Source: Chromatiales bacterium
Lineage (GTDB): Bacteria > Pseudomonadota > Gammaproteobacteria > Steroidobacterales > BM003
Direction of reading: 5' to 3'
Length of the DNA: 46,751 nt
NCBI GenBank assembly: GCA_029864735.1
Contig: JAOTSW010000003.1
Coordinates: forward strand, 1 to 46,751
Part shown: positions 37,146 to 46,751 of the stretch, piece after piece
Position numbering within the stretch: the stretch's first letter is position 1
Layout: every line of letters begins with the position of its first letter
Notes under the pieces: generated by a model
Seen by the model: only the letters and a program-made list of their open reading frames with translations
The model's database searches: none
Told to the model about the DNA's origin: nothing
Position numbers and translations under genes: made by a program

Positions 37146-38009
37146 CTATTCGGACAGCGCCTGCAGGCGAAACAGGGATACCAGCAGCGTGGACGGCCGA
37201 GGATCAATAAGGCCGAACCACTTCCGGTACAGAACCCCGATCTGGTTTCCGCTGTATATATTTGCCAGGGTACGATTTGCGACCAGGCGGAAATCCGCAT
37301 CATCCCTGGGCAGCATTAATGCGTAGGGCTCGTAAGAAATCAGCTCTTCGGAAAGCTGCAACTTTTCTCGCATCGGTGAGGTCATTATTTGCCCCATGAG
37401 CAGGACCCGATCCGAGAAGAACCCGTCCACCGATCCGTCCTCCACCAAGCCCATGCCTCCAGCGAAATTGGTCACGGGAATAATTTCTGCTGTCAGGTTT
37501 TCTTCAACCAGGTACTGGGCGACGGCCACTTCGGTCGTAGTGCCCGAAATAACGGCAATCCGCTTTCCCTGTATCTGAGACGGCTCGGCTGAGCCCTTTT
37601 CCCGAAGAGACACCATCGATGCGCCGGTAACAAAGGTCATGAAGGTAAAGTCGACCTTCTCCATTCGACCTAGTGTCTGGGTTGTAGTGCTGCAATCCAT
37701 ATCAACCCTTGAATGCACCAGGGCATTGACGCGCTCACTGCTCTCTACTTTTACAAACTCTATCTCCAGCTTCGGGAGTTTGAGTTCCTTGCGAACCTCC
37801 TCGGCAATTGCGCGACAAAGATCCACCGAGTAACCGGAAGGATTGCCGTTCCGATCCAAAAACGAGAAAGGCAGTGCATCCTCAACATAGCCAAAGGTAA
37901 TCCGACCGGTTTCCAGGACCTTCCCGAGAACAGGTTCGCGGGCATGGGCCGCTTGAGGCAAACCGAAGCTCCAAAGCGCCAGTAACAAACAGGCCATCAA
38001 TTTGTGCAT
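37146..38009 (-). CDS. Amino-acid ABC transporter substrate-binding protein (GltI-like, SBP_bac_3)
   Basis: Signal peptide, LPFSF, GYSVDLC, RVDMDCSTTTQTLGR, GTTTE, EPYALMLPRDD. Confidence 0.88.
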   Translation of the reverse strand: MHKLMACLLLALWSFGLPQAAHAREPVLGKVLETGRITFGYVEDALPFSFLDRNGNPSGYSVDLCRAIAEEVRKELKLPKLEIEFVKVESSERVNALVHSRVDMDCSTTTQTLGRMEKVDFTFMTFVTGASMVSLREKGSAEPSQIQGKRIAVISGTTTEVAVAQYLVEENLTAEIIPVTNFAGGMGLVEDGSVDGFFSDRVLLMGQIMTSPMREKLQLSEELISYEPYALMLPRDDADFRLVANRTLANIYSGNQIGVLYRKWFGLIDPRPSTLLVSLFRLQALSE

Positions 38010-38217
38010 CTACACCAACTTCCACATTTGTTGTCAGGCCCACTTGGACGCCAGGTTCCTTCCAGCTACATACTAGTAACCGTATCTACAAAAGGAACGA
38101 CTTTTCCAGAGCATAACCAATGACCACCCAAAAAGGAACGCGTGGGCGAATATGCTATATGCGAAAAATTGAACCGCTCAACAGGTGCGCGTCGAGACGA
38201 TGAATACCGAACCGGCC

Positions 38218-39639
38218 TCAAAGTACCTTGCCGGGATTCATAATTCCCGTGGGATCCAGGGCAGCCTTGATAGCCCTCATCAACTGGATCTCCGCTTCAC
38301 TCTTGTACACAGCCAACTCGTCACGCTTGAGACGACCAATACCATGCTCGGCAGAAATGCTGCCGCCGTACTGGGCAATCAACTCATGAACCGCGTGATT
38401 TACGCGCTTGGCCTGCTCCAGAAATATCGGATCGCGATCACCTTCCGAAGGGCTCAGGTTGAAATGCACATTGCCATCACCCAGGTGCCCATAGGAGACA
38501 ACACGGCATCCGGGAACGAGTTTCTTGACCAGGGTCGTGGCCTCGCGAATGAAGGCCGGCATACGACTCACCTGCACGGAGACATCATGCTTGATACTCG
38601 GCCCTTCATGGCTCTGGGCCTCGGGAATATTCTCCCGCATCCGCCACATGGCCTCACGCTGGGCGCCGCTATTGGCCAATGCGGCATCCTGGATCACCTC
38701 AGATTCGAAGGCCTCACCCAGCAGCGTCTCCAGCAACTCCTGCGTCTGGACCTCATCCGTGGCGCAGGATAATTCCATCAAGGCATACCAGTCGTAGGGC
38801 TGGTCCAGGGGATCCTTCACCCCGTCGATGTGACGGCAGGCCAATTCCATGGCCAGGCGAGGTATCAGTTCAAAGGTTGTTACTGCATCACCACTGCGCT
38901 CCCGCAACATGGACAGCAGTTCCACAGAAGCATCCAGGTCCCGAAGAGCAACCATCGCCGTGCCGTAGGAGCGCGGGGTCGGAAACAGCTTCAACACGGC
39001 CCCGGTAATAATCCCGAGGGTCCCCTCAGCGCCAATAAACAGGTTCTTCCAGTCGTAACCTGTGTTGTCCTTACGCAAACCCTTGAGGTTTTCAACAATG
39101 CGGCCATCAGGCAGCACCGCCTCGATACCCAGCACCAGGTCGCGGGTATTGCCGTAGCGTAGTACAGCGGTGCCGCCGGCGTTGGTGGACAAGTTGCCAC
39201 CCAGGTGACAGGAGCCCTCTGCCCCAAGGCTCAGGGGAAAGAGGCGCTGCACCTGTTCGGCCGCTTCCTGCACCTGCACCAGCGTGCAGCCGGCATCGGC
39301 TGTCAAGGTGTAGTTCATCGGATCAACGCTGCGAATCTTGTTCAGACGCGCAAGGCTCAGGACAATCTGCTCCCCCGACTCATCCGGGGTCGCCCCGCCG
39401 CAATATCCGGTATTTCCGCCAGCCGGCACGACGGCCGTGCCGGTTTCAAAGCAGAACTTCATGATCTTTGAAATTCGCTCTGTACTATCCGGACGCAGCA
39501 CCAACGGTGTTGCCCCTTTATAGAGCTTACGGAAATCAACCTCGAAGGGCTCGACGTCAACCCGATCCTCAAGATAGCCGCCGGGGCCTGCCAAATCCTT
39601 CAGGCGGGACAGAATTTCCTTACGCGTCAGGGTTGTCAT
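38218..39639 (-). CDS. FAD-linked oxidoreductase (D-2-hydroxyacid/D2HG dehydrogenase-like)
   Basis: GGNTG, SLGAEGSC, GGNLSTNAGG, LRKDNTGY, GAEGTLG, HLGDGNVH, SAEHGIG, MNPGK. Probable ATG at 39639. Confidence 0.9.
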   Translation of the reverse strand: MTTLTRKEILSRLKDLAGPGGYLEDRVDVEPFEVDFRKLYKGATPLVLRPDSTERISKIMKFCFETGTAVVPAGGNTGYCGGATPDESGEQIVLSLARLNKIRSVDPMNYTLTADAGCTLVQVQEAAEQVQRLFPLSLGAEGSCHLGGNLSTNAGGTAVLRYGNTRDLVLGIEAVLPDGRIVENLKGLRKDNTGYDWKNLFIGAEGTLGIITGAVLKLFPTPRSYGTAMVALRDLDASVELLSMLRERSGDAVTTFELIPRLAMELACRHIDGVKDPLDQPYDWYALMELSCATDEVQTQELLETLLGEAFESEVIQDAALANSGAQREAMWRMRENIPEAQSHEGPSIKHDVSVQVSRMPAFIREATTLVKKLVPGCRVVSYGHLGDGNVHFNLSPSEGDRDPIFLEQAKRVNHAVHELIAQYGGSISAEHGIGRLKRDELAVYKSEAEIQLMRAIKAALDPTGIMNPGKVL

Positions 39640-39660
39640 AGCAGGCCCAGGCACTGCGTC

Positions 39661-41182
<1,522 letters not shown>

Positions 41183-41244
41183 ACATTCACACGCACAGGG
41201 TTAGCCGGCTTCAGGGGTCTCCCTGGCCGGCAGTATCCTGTGAG

Positions 41245-42114
41245 TTATTTACCGTCCGCAGACTTCAGGAAGCGGAAAAAGTCGCTGTCCGGCTTGATCA
41301 GCAACAGGTCCTGCTCCGTTCCCACTGAATGACGATATGCCTGGAGGCTGCGGTAGAAGGAATAGAAATCCTCGTCCTTCTTGTATGCCTCGGCATAAAT
41401 AGCCGCTGCAAGCCCATCACCCTCGCCACGAATCCGCTGAGCGTCACGGTAGGCTTCCGCCAACATCACGGTACGCAGACGATCCGCTTCGGCGCGAATC
41501 TTCACGCTCATCTCCGCACCCTCGGCACGGAACTGCTTGGCAATACGAACACGCTCCTGGCGCATACGTTCAAACACCGAGCCACTGACTTCGTCAGGAA
41601 GATCGATACGCTTGACCCGTATGTCCACGATGGTGATGCCCAACTCGGACGCAACCGACCGGGCCCGGGCCATCATTTCATCCATCAATTCGCCGCGCTC
41701 ACCCGCCACGACTTCCTGGATGGTGCGCTTGGCAAATTCCTTGCGAAGACTGTCGGTGATGATCGCGAACAAACGCTGGGAGGCCATCAACTCATCGCCT
41801 GCAGTGGAGATGTAAAAACCGGTTACATCACTGATACGCCACTTGACGAAGAAGTCCACCAGAACGAACTTGCGCTCACTGGTCAGGTATCGCTCGGGGC
41901 GATTATCCAGGGTCAGGATCTGGTCAGAAAACTTGATGATGTTATTAACAAACGGAACCTTGAAATGCAGTCCCGGCTCGAAGTCCGCATTGATGATTTC
42001 ACCAAAGCGGAACTTGATAGCCTGCTCGCGCTCGTGAACCACGAACACCGACATGCTCAATACCAGGAACAATGCGGCCAGCAGGGCCAGCAATCCGTAT
42101 AAACGTGCTTGCAT
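41245..42114 (-). CDS. hflC: FtsH modulator HflC
   Basis: SPFH domain, GLHFKVPF, DIRVKRIDLP, FYSFYRSLQAY. Confidence 0.97.
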   Translation of the reverse strand: MQARLYGLLALLAALFLVLSMSVFVVHEREQAIKFRFGEIINADFEPGLHFKVPFVNNIIKFSDQILTLDNRPERYLTSERKFVLVDFFVKWRISDVTGFYISTAGDELMASQRLFAIITDSLRKEFAKRTIQEVVAGERGELMDEMMARARSVASELGITIVDIRVKRIDLPDEVSGSVFERMRQERVRIAKQFRAEGAEMSVKIRAEADRLRTVMLAEAYRDAQRIRGEGDGLAAAIYAEAYKKDEDFYSFYRSLQAYRHSVGTEQDLLLIKPDSDFFRFLKSADGK

Positions 42115-43244
42115 TATCTTGTCCCCCTGCTGCGACGATCACTTCCACTTCGTATCCCGGGATTTTCGGGAATCGCTTCCGCGGCCTCTGAGTTGTTAGT
42201 CACTCCGCCGATGCTACGGCCTCGTGATTCCAACAACTTGTCCACAGGCAGGTAAATCAGGTTCCCGCTGCCATCGGTATCGACGATGACCTTGGATGCA
42301 TTACCCAATACTTCTTCTATGGTTTCCAGGTAAAGACGCTCGCGGGTGACCGCGGGGGCCTTCTGGTACTCGGTCAGCACCGCCAGGAATCGATGGGCGT
42401 TACCTTCGGCCTCGGCGATCATCTCTTCCTTGTAGGCCTGTGCCTCTTCCAATTGCCGTTGTGCCGCGCCTCGCGCCCTGGGCAGTATGTCGTTCGAATA
42501 ACCTTCTGCTTCCAGACGCAAGCGGTCTCGATCCTCACGAGCCTTGGTGGCATCATCCACCGCAGCCAGCACCTGCTGAGGCGGCTTGGCGTCAATCAAG
42601 TTCAAAGAGGTGACTTCGATACCTGAACCATACTCATCCAGCGTCAACTGAAGCAGGTCCTTGGCCTTGACGACAAGTTCCTCACGACCTTCACCCAACA
42701 CCAGTTCCGCATTAGCCTTACCCACCACTTCCCTGATGGCGCTTTCGCTCACATCCTGGAGTGTCTGGCTCGGATTACGAATATTGAACAAGACTTTCTC
42801 AATGTCCGCATAGCGGAACTGCACACTCATGGCAATATCCACGATATTTTCGTCCGCGGTCAGCATCTGGGTCTTGTAGTCAAAGCGCTGGATGCTGGAC
42901 ACATTGACCTTTTCAACGGTTTCGAAAGGCCATGGTCGCCAGTGAAGTCCGGGCATTGAAGTGCGATTTGCCGCACCGAAGCGCAGTACAACGCCCCGCT
43001 CTGATGCATCCAGCTTGTAGAATCCGCCCATGAACCAGGCGGCCAACAACAGGGCTAGGATGACAATCACGCCCTTGCCACCACCGCCCTTCTTTCCGTC
43101 TCCGGAGCCTGATCCACCACCGCCAAAGATGGCGCCGAAGCGCTTCTGGAGATTACGGACGATTGCATCCAGGTCGGGTGGGCCTTCCTGGCCACGGGGC
43201 TTGCCCCACGGATTCTCATCTTTTCCCGGTTCATTCCAAGACAT
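42114..43244 (-). CDS. hflK: FtsH modulator HflK
   Basis: MSWNEPG..PWG..GPPDLD, MLTADENIV, APAVTRERLYLE. Start at 43244. Confidence 0.97.
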   Translation of the reverse strand: MSWNEPGKDENPWGKPRGQEGPPDLDAIVRNLQKRFGAIFGGGGSGSGDGKKGGGGKGVIVILALLLAAWFMGGFYKLDASERGVVLRFGAANRTSMPGLHWRPWPFETVEKVNVSSIQRFDYKTQMLTADENIVDIAMSVQFRYADIEKVLFNIRNPSQTLQDVSESAIREVVGKANAELVLGEGREELVVKAKDLLQLTLDEYGSGIEVTSLNLIDAKPPQQVLAAVDDATKAREDRDRLRLEAEGYSNDILPRARGAAQRQLEEAQAYKEEMIAEAEGNAHRFLAVLTEYQKAPAVTRERLYLETIEEVLGNASKVIVDTDGSGNLIYLPVDKLLESRGRSIGGVTNNSEAAEAIPENPGIRSGSDRRSRGTR

Positions 43245-43281
43245 AAGTAATCTTCTTTCACTGATTGTTATGGGGACTGGT

Positions 43282-44619
43282 TCAGGCGCTGCCTGTCTGA
43301 ACCTCTGATTGTAGGAAGCTGGGGTCCGCGGTACAAGGCGCAAGTTCAAATCGCTGGGGATCCAGGCCCTCCTTGCTAGCAAGACGGGCCAGTTTGCGCC
43401 TCGGAAGCACCACTTGCAGCGACCAACCACCCTCTTCCAGTTCGGTTTCACTCTGGACGGCCGACAAGTCATACAGCAGGGCCCGAATTCGACCCTCTCC
43501 CGACTCCAGGCGCAAATTTCCCCTGAGCAATTCTCCCCCCAGGCGCTCATGCAGCGCCTGGAGAAGCAGATCCAGGCCCTCACCCGTCACGGCCGAGACA
43601 AATACGCTGCGCACCTGTCCCTGGCCATCCCGTTCAAGGCGCGGTTCATCGCCGGACAGGTCGATCTTGTTAAACACCAGGAGCTGATCCACGCTCTCTG
43701 CACCGATATCCTCCAGCACTTCGTCCACCTGGTCGATTCTCTCTCTGCGCTCGGGATCATGGGCATCCACCACATGCAACAACAAAGTCGCGTCACGGGT
43801 CTCAACCAGGGTGGACTTGAACGCCGCGACCAACTCATGAGGCAAATCCCGGACAAAACCCACCGTATCCACCAGCACGGTTTCCAGTCCCGGAGCCAGT
43901 TCCAGCTTGCGCAGGGTGGGATCCAGGGTGGCAAACAGCTTGTCGGCCGCGTAAACCTCTGAATTGGTCAAGGCGTTAAACAAGGTGGACTTCCCGGCAT
44001 TGGTATAGCCAACCAGGGATAAGGTTGGCACCTCGGCTTTCCTGCGGGTGCGCCGACCCTGTTCTCTTTGCTTGTCCACCTGCTCCAGGCGCTGCCTGAG
44101 AGTGCGGATACGATTCCCCAGCAATCGCCTGTCGGTTTCCAGCTGGGTCTCACCCGGTCCCCGCAATCCTATACCGCCTTTTTGCCGTTCGAGGTGAGTC
44201 CAGCCCCGAACCAGCCGGGTGGACAGATGGCGCAACTGGGCCAATTCAACCTGCAGCTTGCCTTCGTGAGACCGCGCACGCTGGGCAAAGATATCCAGAA
44301 TCAATCCGGACCGATCCAGCACCCGGCATTCCAGGTGACGTTCCAGGTTTCGTTCCTGGCTGGGAGACAGGGAATGGTTAACCAGCACCAGTTCGGCGCC
44401 AAGCTGCTTCACGGCAGCCCGAATTTCATCGGCCTTTCCAGTACCAACAAAAAAGCGGGAATCAGGGCGGTGCCTGACGCAGGCGATGGTTTCAAGGGGA
44501 TCGGCGCCAGCTGAACGGGCGAGTTCTTCGAACTCCTCCTGAACATCCTGCGGAACCGCCCCACCCAGCCCAAGGTGAACGAGCAATGCGCGCTCGCCAC
44601 TACGAGGACGTTCAAACAA
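43282..44619 (-). CDS. hflX: Ribosome-splitting GTPase HflX
   Basis: LILDIFAQRA, GPGETQLETDRR, GYTNAGKS, FATLDPT, DTVGF, NKID. Confidence 0.98.
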   Translation of the reverse strand: MFERPRSGERALLVHLGLGGAVPQDVQEEFEELARSAGADPLETIACVRHRPDSRFFVGTGKADEIRAAVKQLGAELVLVNHSLSPSQERNLERHLECRVLDRSGLILDIFAQRARSHEGKLQVELAQLRHLSTRLVRGWTHLERQKGGIGLRGPGETQLETDRRLLGNRIRTLRQRLEQVDKQREQGRRTRRKAEVPTLSLVGYTNAGKSTLFNALTNSEVYAADKLFATLDPTLRKLELAPGLETVLVDTVGFVRDLPHELVAAFKSTLVETRDATLLLHVVDAHDPERRERIDQVDEVLEDIGAESVDQLLVFNKIDLSGDEPRLERDGQGQVRSVFVSAVTGEGLDLLLQALHERLGGELLRGNLRLESGEGRIRALLYDLSAVQSETELEEGGWSLQVVLPRRKLARLASKEGLDPQRFELAPCTADPSFLQSEVQTGSA

Positions 44620-44645
44620 ATCGGCTCTCCCGGGGCAGGAAGCCC

Positions 44646-44891
44646 CTAGTCAGCCTCGCCAATTTCTTCGTCCCCCATAGGAACGCGAACATTCCGGGCG
44701 GGAACGACGGTAGATATAGCGTGCTTGTAGACCATCTGGCTAACCGAGTTACGCAGCAACACCACGAACTGATCAAATGATTCGACTTGGCCCTGCAGCT
44801 TTATGCCGTTAACAAGGTAAATTGAAACTGGAACTTTTTCTTTACGCAGGGCGTTCAAAAAAGGATCTTGCAGCGATTGACCCTTGGCCAT
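44646..44891 (-). CDS. hfq: RNA chaperone Hfq
   Basis: [26 protein letters not shown]; start 44891 with GGAG RBS. Confidence 0.99.
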   Translation of the reverse strand: MAKGQSLQDPFLNALRKEKVPVSIYLVNGIKLQGQVESFDQFVVLLRNSVSQMVYKHAISTVVPARNVRVPMGDEEIGEAD

Positions 44892-44985
44892 CGTTGTCTC
44901 CTTTGTAGTTAACATACTCAGTATCCCCGGGGTAGCTGAGCTCATTAATAACGGTCGGACATTACGTTCCGCCGACCCGCTGGGA

Positions 44986-44994
44986 AGTGTATCA
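44986..44994 (-). promoter_or_regulatory. Extended -10 promoter for hfq
   Basis: TGaTACACT about 95 nt upstream of the hfq ATG. Confidence 0.45.
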
Positions 44995-45040
44995 CAGGCT
45001 TGGACATCACCATCTACTAATATGTCCTTTATATGGCTTT

Positions 45041-45973
45041 TCAAGCCATTTCCACTGCCCGGTAAATCTGCTCACGAGCGGCCGGATCCAATGCGTCCAG
45101 GCAAACCAGGTTCTGCTGGGATCGCATCCAGGTATATTGCCGCTTGGCCAGCTGCCGAGTGGCCGCCAATGCGCTGGCACAGGCAGCATCCAGACTCTTG
45201 CCACCACTCAAATACTCCAGCAGCTGCCGGTAGCCCACCGCCCGCATGGACGGAAGCTCTGGCGAGAACCCGGGACGGGCGGCCAGCCCCCGCACTTCCT
45301 CGAGAAACCCCTGCTCCATCATCTGTTCAAATCGCTGGGCAATCAGCCGGTGCAACAGCTTCCTGTCCTCCATCCACAGGGCAAATTTTTTGACCGTGTA
45401 GGGCAGCGCCCGGGATTCGGCCCTTGCATGCAAGTCCGTCAGACTCTCGCCACTGAGGTGATGAACTTCCAGGGCTCGCTGGATACGCTGGGAGTCCGCA
45501 GTCTGAATCCTTTGGGCCGACTCGGGGTCAACCTCGGCCAACTCCGCATGCAGGGCTTCCCAGCCCAGGCTGGCAGCCCGTTCATCCAGATGCCGCCGGT
45601 AGGCAGGATCGGCCTGGGGCAAGGGGGCGATACCTTGTTCCAGTACCCGGTAGTACAGCATGGTTCCGCCCACCAGCACGGGCACTTTCCCGGCCTCGTG
45701 TATTTCGTCTATTGCCTGCAGGGCGTCCCGTCGAAATTCGCCCGCGGAATAGCTTTGCTCCGGGTCCCGGATATCAATCAGGCGATGGGGGGCGCGAGCC
45801 AGGGTGTCGGCATCAGGCTTAGCGGTACCGATATCCATGCCCCGGTAAACCAGGGCCGAATCCACGCTAATCAGCTCGCAGTCGTGCTTCTCCGCAAGGT
45901 CCACCGCCAGGCTGGTCTTGCCCGAGGCGGTTGCTCCCATAAGAAAAATCACCGTCGGTCGCGCATCACCCAT
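45041..45973 (-). CDS. miaA: tRNA dimethylallyltransferase
   Basis: [57 protein letters not shown]. Start at 45973. Confidence 0.98.
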   Translation of the reverse strand: MGDARPTVIFLMGATASGKTSLAVDLAEKHDCELISVDSALVYRGMDIGTAKPDADTLARAPHRLIDIRDPEQSYSAGEFRRDALQAIDEIHEAGKVPVLVGGTMLYYRVLEQGIAPLPQADPAYRRHLDERAASLGWEALHAELAEVDPESAQRIQTADSQRIQRALEVHHLSGESLTDLHARAESRALPYTVKKFALWMEDRKLLHRLIAQRFEQMMEQGFLEEVRGLAARPGFSPELPSMRAVGYRQLLEYLSGGKSLDAACASALAATRQLAKRQYTWMRSQQNLVCLDALDPAAREQIYRAVEMA

Positions 45974-45975
45974 GC

Positions 45976-46751
45976 CTATCGCCCGCGCAGGAACAACTTG
46001 TCCATGTCGGCCATGTTGATCTGAGTCCAGGTTGGCCGACCGTGATTGCACTGATCGGCCCGGTCAGTCTTCTCCATTTCTCTCAACAGCGCATTCATCT
46101 CGTCCAGGCTGAGACGACGATTGGCCCTGACCGAGCCATGGCATGCCATGGTGGATAACAGTTCGTTACTCGCCTCTTCAAGGCGCCTGGTTTCACCGTG
46201 CTCAGTCAAATCTGCCAGCACATCCCGGACCAATTGATCGACATCCACATCGCGCAGCAGCGATGGTACCTGTCGGATTGTGATGCTGGACGGACCTGTC
46301 CTGCCTACCTCGAAACCCAGCTCTGCAAACCATTCGCCGCGCTGCTCCGCCAGGTCCGCCTCGCGTTCCGAGACTGCCATGGTCAATGGCACCAGCATGG
46401 GCTGAGCCTTGATCGCCCCCTCGGCCATGGATCGCTTGAGCCGTTCATAGGTGATGCGCTCATGGGCCGCGTGCATATCCACCACCACAAGACCTGCCTG
46501 GTTTTGCGCCAGGATATAGACGCCGTGCAACTGGGCCACCGCGAATCCAAGCGGATACTCGGACTCCTCCGGGGGGGCAGACACCTCCGGGCCCTGGGCT
46601 GAGGGATGAAGATTTGCATAGGCCCGTATCTGTTCACGCACCGAGGAACTTCCCCCGGGAACGCCCTGGCTCGCCTGGCCACGACCAAGGAGCAAGCTCA
46701 TGGGCTGCTGGGAACCGGGCACAGATGCAGGCGCGCTATCAAACATCCGGG
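45976..46751 (-). CDS. mutL: DNA mismatch repair protein MutL (C-terminal part; 5' end outside the window)
   Basis: Endonuclease motif [30 protein letters not shown]; upstream of miaA. Confidence 0.97.
   Translation of the reverse strand, partial: RMFDSAPASVPGSQQPMSLLLGRGQASQGVPGGSSSVREQIRAYANLHPSAQGPEVSAPPEESEYPLGFAVAQLHGVYILAQNQAGLVVVDMHAAHERITYERLKRSMAEGAIKAQPMLVPLTMAVSEREADLAEQRGEWFAELGFEVGRTGPSSITIRQVPSLLRDVDVDQLVRDVLADLTEHGETRRLEEASNELLSTMACHGSVRANRRLSLDEMNALLREMEKTDRADQCNHGRPTWTQINMADMDKLFLRGR

Noticed and set aside
37305-37315. CCTGGGCAGCA as a possible attR copy of the tRNA-Leu 3' end (CCTGGGCACCA)
   Set aside because: Only 10 of 11 nt match, it lies inside an intact CDS, and no integrase is present; compatible with chance.
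43245-43583. N-terminal extensions in the ORF track for hflK (also dctM, trmD, hfq, miaA, rnr and the hybrid kinase)
   Set aside because: The extensions overlap upstream genes, promoters or leaders; downstream starts match the family N-termini or RBS positions.

Overview
A chromosomal window from a fairly GC-rich, non-enteric Gammaproteobacterium (taxonomy inferred from gene order and protein motifs). It is mostly conserved housekeeping backbone: putA (partial), Nudix, hslR, kbl-tdh, sppA, rpsP-rimM-trmD-rplS, ffh, ypjD-yfjD, radA, rpsF-rpsR-DUF2232-rplI-dnaB-alr, rnr-rlmB, tRNA-Leu(CAG), and mutL(partial)-miaA-hfq-hflXKC-DUF2065-purA. Three accessory modules sit in this backbone. (1) A Ser/Thr signalling triad with no T6SS genes in the window: a CHASE2 membrane Hanks kinase, a PP2C phosphatase and a tandem-FHA protein whose linker carries a TxxI motif. 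A class II-like cyclic-nucleotide phosphodiesterase lies about 4 kb away, between ffh and ypjD. (2) A TPAT-type TRAP transporter (TatT lipoprotein, DctP lacking the carboxylate-binding Arg, DctQ, DctM) running into a PQQ-type dehydrogenase lipoprotein and sppA. (3) A variable stretch between tRNA-Leu and purA with an orphan PAS-PAS-GAF hybrid histidine kinase, an orphan amino-acid binding protein and two hypothetical proteins. I saw no CRISPR array, transposase, integrase or prophage gene. The best candidate for an under-described system is the kinase/PP2C/FHA (plus PDE) module. All calls rest on motif recognition by eye; no database searches were run.
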